A DNA stretch of 26,172 bases from Candidatus Woesearchaeota archaeon (lineage in GTDB: Archaea; Nanobdellota; Nanobdellia; Pacearchaeales; GW2011-AR1), in contig CAZRUG010000011.1 of assembly GCA_964603295.1 (NCBI GenBank), positions 1-26,172 on the forward strand. Reading direction: 5' to 3'. Position numbers and translations under genes: made by a program. Shown one piece after another: positions 22,883 to 26,172 of the stretch (its first letter is position 1; every line of letters begins with the position of its first letter). The notes under the pieces were generated by a model. That model saw only the letters and a list, made by a program, of their open reading frames with translations, was not told the DNA's origin and searched no databases.

Positions 22883-25357
22883 TTAAAACCCATCTAATGT
22901 TTTTTGATTTGAGTTGTTTGTTAAATCTTTTACATTAATTTTAAATGTTTGAAGAATGTTTTCAATTGCGGGAAGAATTTGTTTTTCTAAATAATATTTT
23001 ATGTCATAATCTTCTTTTTCATCTGGTAGTTTTACTCTGTCTCTGACAAGAGGGTTTTTTTCTTTTGATTCTGCAATATAATATTCAACTAATCCTCCTG
23101 AAGAAATTGGTATTTCTTTTTCTTTCATTTTTTGTGCAGCAACTACGTGCGGTGTTGTGGCTTTGTATTCTGAAAGGGGTTTTTTTAATTGAGTTTTTAT
23201 AACAAGTTTTGATTTATCAATATCTCTTTTTTTTACTTTGCTAACAATTTCCTTTACATATTCAACTGCTTTTTTTTCATTTCCTTGTTTTAATACTAAT
23301 TCTAAGACTTTGTTTTGAACTTCCCTTGCAAGCATACACCAATCTCTTCTAACTGTTTCAAAACCTCTTATTTTTAGTTTGTCGTTTTTATCAATTAATG
23401 CATATTTCTTTTTTGCACCAAAATCTCCTGAACGTTTTGTGACCCAAATTCCTCTTTTGAAAAATCCTTCAAGTTCTAAATGCATAACTCCTGGTAATTC
23501 TGAGTTTAATTTTTCTAAGAACTCTTTGATTTCTTTTTCTGTTTTTTCTTTTTTAGTAAAACCTACACTATCTGTATCCCCGAATATGACTTGGTATCCT
23601 GCGTCTTTTATTTTTTGAATTGTTTCTTTATTGAATTGTCTTACAAAACCAAGTATTGATGCTGAAGCTTCGATTGAATAATATCTTGCTCCAAAAAATC
23701 CAATGTATCCGTGGGCTGAGGCTGATAAAACTTTGAATGCATTACTTCGTGCAAGTGTTATTGGGTTTGGGTTTTTTTTGTATTCTTGTTTGAATTTTTT
23801 TCTTAATTGAAAAATTTCTTTTAATAATTCTGGAAAAAATCCTGGTTTTTTTGTAAAATAAAAATTTTGTTTTTTTCCATTAAGTTCTACTTCAGGTGAT
23901 TTGTAAGAATCTTTTTTCTTTTTTTCTAATAAGGTTGATTTTGAAATATTGTATGTGATTATTATGCTTGTGTGCATTGAAGTGAAATCAAAGATGACAA
24001 TGTCTTTGTAAAGTCCAGGTGTTGGTTCTAAGACAAATGCTCCTTCAACTCCACCTGAATTTCTTCGTGAATTTATTTCATTATAGCCTGGTCTTTTTTC
24101 AGGAATTTCATTAAATCTTTCTAAATTGTGCAAGATGTATGATTCTGTGTATTTTGATAAACCTGCTCTTGAAATTTCAAATGTTGGTTCTTGAATTGTT
24201 TTTGTGAATTCTAATAAGTCTGGCCAGAATTTTTCAAATAAATCTATGACAAGTTTTGAATCATGTAAATTATATTCATAGAATTTTTCTAAATCATTTT
24301 GTGTTAGTTTGCTTGAGGGTTTGAATTCAAAGTCTTTTTTTTCATTTTTGAGAAATTCTTTTGATACTTCATCTAATGTTAATGTTTCAGATTTCATGTA
24401 TTGTGCATATGCTGTTCTAATAAATTTTAGCAAGTCAATGTGTGTGGTTCCAAATATTTTTGCAGTCATTGTTCCTGCCCCTCTAGAAAACCTTGGTTGA
24501 GAGCCATCAATTCCTAAAGGAATTTTTACATTATGGTGTTCTGCTCTTGCTTTTATATAAGGTAAATCAAAACCATCTGAATTATAACCAATTAAAAAGT
24601 CTGGAGAGATTTCTTTTACCTCTTGAACAAATTTTTCAATTAGCTCTGCCTCGTCTTTTACATATTCAACATATTTTGGTTGTTTGTTTTTTAGTTTTTT
24701 CCAAGTGAGGACTTTTTTTACTTTGTCTGAATAAAATGAAATCATTAATATTTGGCCTTCACCAATTCCTAGTTCATCTGTTTCAATATCATAACCTAAT
24801 GCTTTTGGTTTGAATTTTTCTTCTTTAAGTTCTTTTGAAGATTCTAAGTTAATGCATATACTTGTTTCAATTGCAGAATCAATGCCACCTAATTCTTGGG
24901 AATTGTTTAAGACTTGTCCTTGGATTTCATACCAATGTAATGGTTTTATTTTTTTTTCAATTATATAATGTGTTGTATAACCTAAGTCATATCCTCTTCT
25001 TTTTTCTATTTCTGGAAAGTCTAATCTATCTGCAATGTCATGGAGGTCTTTGTAATTTGTTGCATAAATTTTTAGTGCTTTGACTTTTTTTCCAAGGAAT
25101 TTTTTGTCTTTGACTTCAACTTTTTCAACTTTTGTTTTTCTGCCTTTTAGTTCAAGTTTTATTTTTTTTATTTCATCAACTAATTTATTAATTTCTTTAG
25201 AGTTTATTTTGTCTTTGAGAATTGCCCATAGATAAACATCGCATGAATCAATAACACAGATTTTTTTGCCTTTTTCATCTCTGCCAATTATTTTTGCATA
25301 GTTTCTGCCTTGAAAATCAAAGTAGTCATAGTCAATTGGGATGAATTGGGTTTTCAT
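22883..25357 (-). CDS. polB: Family B DNA polymerase with 3'-5' exonuclease domain
   Basis: Exo I (YDIETDE), Exo II (YNSDGFDLPY), Exo III (YEYNLHDSKLV). Motif A DFTSMHTSII, motif B KVLSASAHGY, motif C FGDTDS, and KKKYA. Confidence 0.95.
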   Translation of the reverse strand: MKTQFIPIDYDYFDFQGRNYAKIIGRDEKGKKICVIDSCDVYLWAILKDKINSKEINKLVDEIKKIKLELKGRKTKVEKVEVKDKKFLGKKVKALKIYATNYKDLHDIADRLDFPEIEKRRGYDLGYTTHYIIEKKIKPLHWYEIQGQVLNNSQELGGIDSAIETSICINLESSKELKEEKFKPKALGYDIETDELGIGEGQILMISFYSDKVKKVLTWKKLKNKQPKYVEYVKDEAELIEKFVQEVKEISPDFLIGYNSDGFDLPYIKARAEHHNVKIPLGIDGSQPRFSRGAGTMTAKIFGTTHIDLLKFIRTAYAQYMKSETLTLDEVSKEFLKNEKKDFEFKPSSKLTQNDLEKFYEYNLHDSKLVIDLFEKFWPDLLEFTKTIQEPTFEISRAGLSKYTESYILHNLERFNEIPEKRPGYNEINSRRNSGGVEGAFVLEPTPGLYKDIVIFDFTSMHTSIIITYNISKSTLLEKKKKDSYKSPEVELNGKKQNFYFTKKPGFFPELLKEIFQLRKKFKQEYKKNPNPITLARSNAFKVLSASAHGYIGFFGARYYSIEASASILGFVRQFNKETIQKIKDAGYQVIFGDTDSVGFTKKEKTEKEIKEFLEKLNSELPGVMHLELEGFFKRGIWVTKRSGDFGAKKKYALIDKNDKLKIRGFETVRRDWCMLAREVQNKVLELVLKQGNEKKAVEYVKEIVSKVKKRDIDKSKLVIKTQLKKPLSEYKATTPHVVAAQKMKEKEIPISSGGLVEYYIAESKEKNPLVRDRVKLPDEKEDYDIKYYLEKQILPAIENILQTFKINVKDLTNNSNQKTLDGF

Positions 25358-26172
25358 AGTGAATCTAAGGGGGATTTAATATTTGATAAATCTTTTGTAG
25401 AAACATGAGTATAGATTTCTGTTGTTTTTAGGTCTGAATGTCCTAGGAGTTTTTGAATGTGCCTTATATCTGTTCCTTGTTCTAATAAATGTGTGGCAAA
25501 ACTATGTCTTAGCATGTGGGGGGTAACTTTGATTCCAACTCTTTGGCCTGCCAAGGCTAAGACTTTTTGGACTGATTTTTTTGTGTATTTGTTGGTTCGG
25601 CCTTCAAAAACATATTCTGTTTTGAAAATATTATTGCTGTAATATTTTAATAAATCTAACTTTAATGAATCTGAAATAAGTGTGATTCTGTCCTTTTTTC
25701 CTTTGCTTTTTTTGACATTTAAAATTCCTCTTTCAAAATCAATATCTTTTCTTTTGAGATTTATTATTTCTTGTAATCTTAGGCCTGAAGAGTAAAGTAG
25801 TTTGATTATTAGTTTGTGTTTTAGGTTGTCTGTTAAGTCAATCATTTGTTTTATTTTTTCTTTAGAGATTACTTTTGGAAGCTGTTTTTCTTTTTTCTTT
25901 ATAGGGACATCTTCAAATGAAAATGGTTTTTGTAGTACCTCTCTGAAAAAGAAGCTTATTGAGGCATATTGTAACCTTGAAGTATTTGTTTGAACATCTT
26001 GAGTTAATAAATAAGACTTAACACTCTCTTTTGATAGATTAAGTCTACTTTTCTCAATAAATTCTAAAAATCTTTTAGTGTTGTATAAATAGGATTTTAT
26101 TGTTTGCTGAGAAAATCCTCGAAGAATGCACCTTTCTTTGAGTTGTTGGAGATAATTATCGGGGTAATCCAT
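25354..26172 (-). CDS. xerA: Tyrosine recombinase, XerA/XerC/D-like
   Basis: Catalytic pattern: SGLRLQE (Arg), HMLRHSFATHLL (HxxR), LLGHSDLKTTEIYTHV (His, Tyr). The start codon sits exactly at the window edge. Its stop overlaps the polB ATG (ATGA). Confidence 0.8.
   Translation of the reverse strand: MDYPDNYLQQLKERCILRGFSQQTIKSYLYNTKRFLEFIEKSRLNLSKESVKSYLLTQDVQTNTSRLQYASISFFFREVLQKPFSFEDVPIKKKEKQLPKVISKEKIKQMIDLTDNLKHKLIIKLLYSSGLRLQEIINLKRKDIDFERGILNVKKSKGKKDRITLISDSLKLDLLKYYSNNIFKTEYVFEGRTNKYTKKSVQKVLALAGQRVGIKVTPHMLRHSFATHLLEQGTDIRHIQKLLGHSDLKTTEIYTHVSTKDLSNIKSPLDSL

Noticed and set aside
10192-26172. Large integrated element bounded by tRNA-Lys and the tyrosine recombinase
   Set aside because: The 16 kb between them encodes core housekeeping functions (TFS, signal peptidase, Cdc48, MetAP, NOP2, PolB). 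The recombinase is not adjacent to the tRNA, and no matching att repeat was seen near it.

Overview
AT-rich, very gene-dense window, with many 4-nt and 8-nt start/stop overlaps. It reads as a small-genome archaeon, possibly DPANN-like; that placement is inference. Archaeal markers: transcription factor S, two Cdc48/VAT AAA+ ATPases, type-2 methionine aminopeptidase, family-B DNA polymerase, a XerA-like recombinase, a Sec11-type signal peptidase, an intron-containing tRNA, and TATA boxes about 20-25 nt upstream of first-gene ATGs. Recognisable housekeeping genes are type IA topoisomerase, CTP synthase, TFS, signal peptidase, Cdc48 x2, an sHsp-like protein, MetAP, a NOP2/Sun m5C methyltransferase with a Nip7-like partner, PolB and XerA. 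Things worth a second look: (1) a 47-aa ribbon-helix-helix gene missing from the ORF track, overlapping by 8 nt the start of a 1308-aa cytoplasmic protein I cannot assign to any family, with a palindrome in its promoter. (2) Two 5' fragments of the tRNA-Lys(CUU) gene stacked upstream of the intact gene, whose 3' end sits 1 nt from the start codon of a divergent TFS paralog. (3) A paired GTATA(TA)C motif with 13-nt spacing, downstream of TATA boxes in front of both Cdc48 modules. (4) A perfect 80-bp tandem repeat at the NOP2/Nip7 gene junction that creates a chain of coupled 27-codon micro-ORFs. (5) A PolB with intact catalytic aspartates but His at both nucleotide-pocket Tyr positions. No CRISPR array, rRNA or clear transposon was seen. 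All assignments come from reading motifs by eye; no searches were run.
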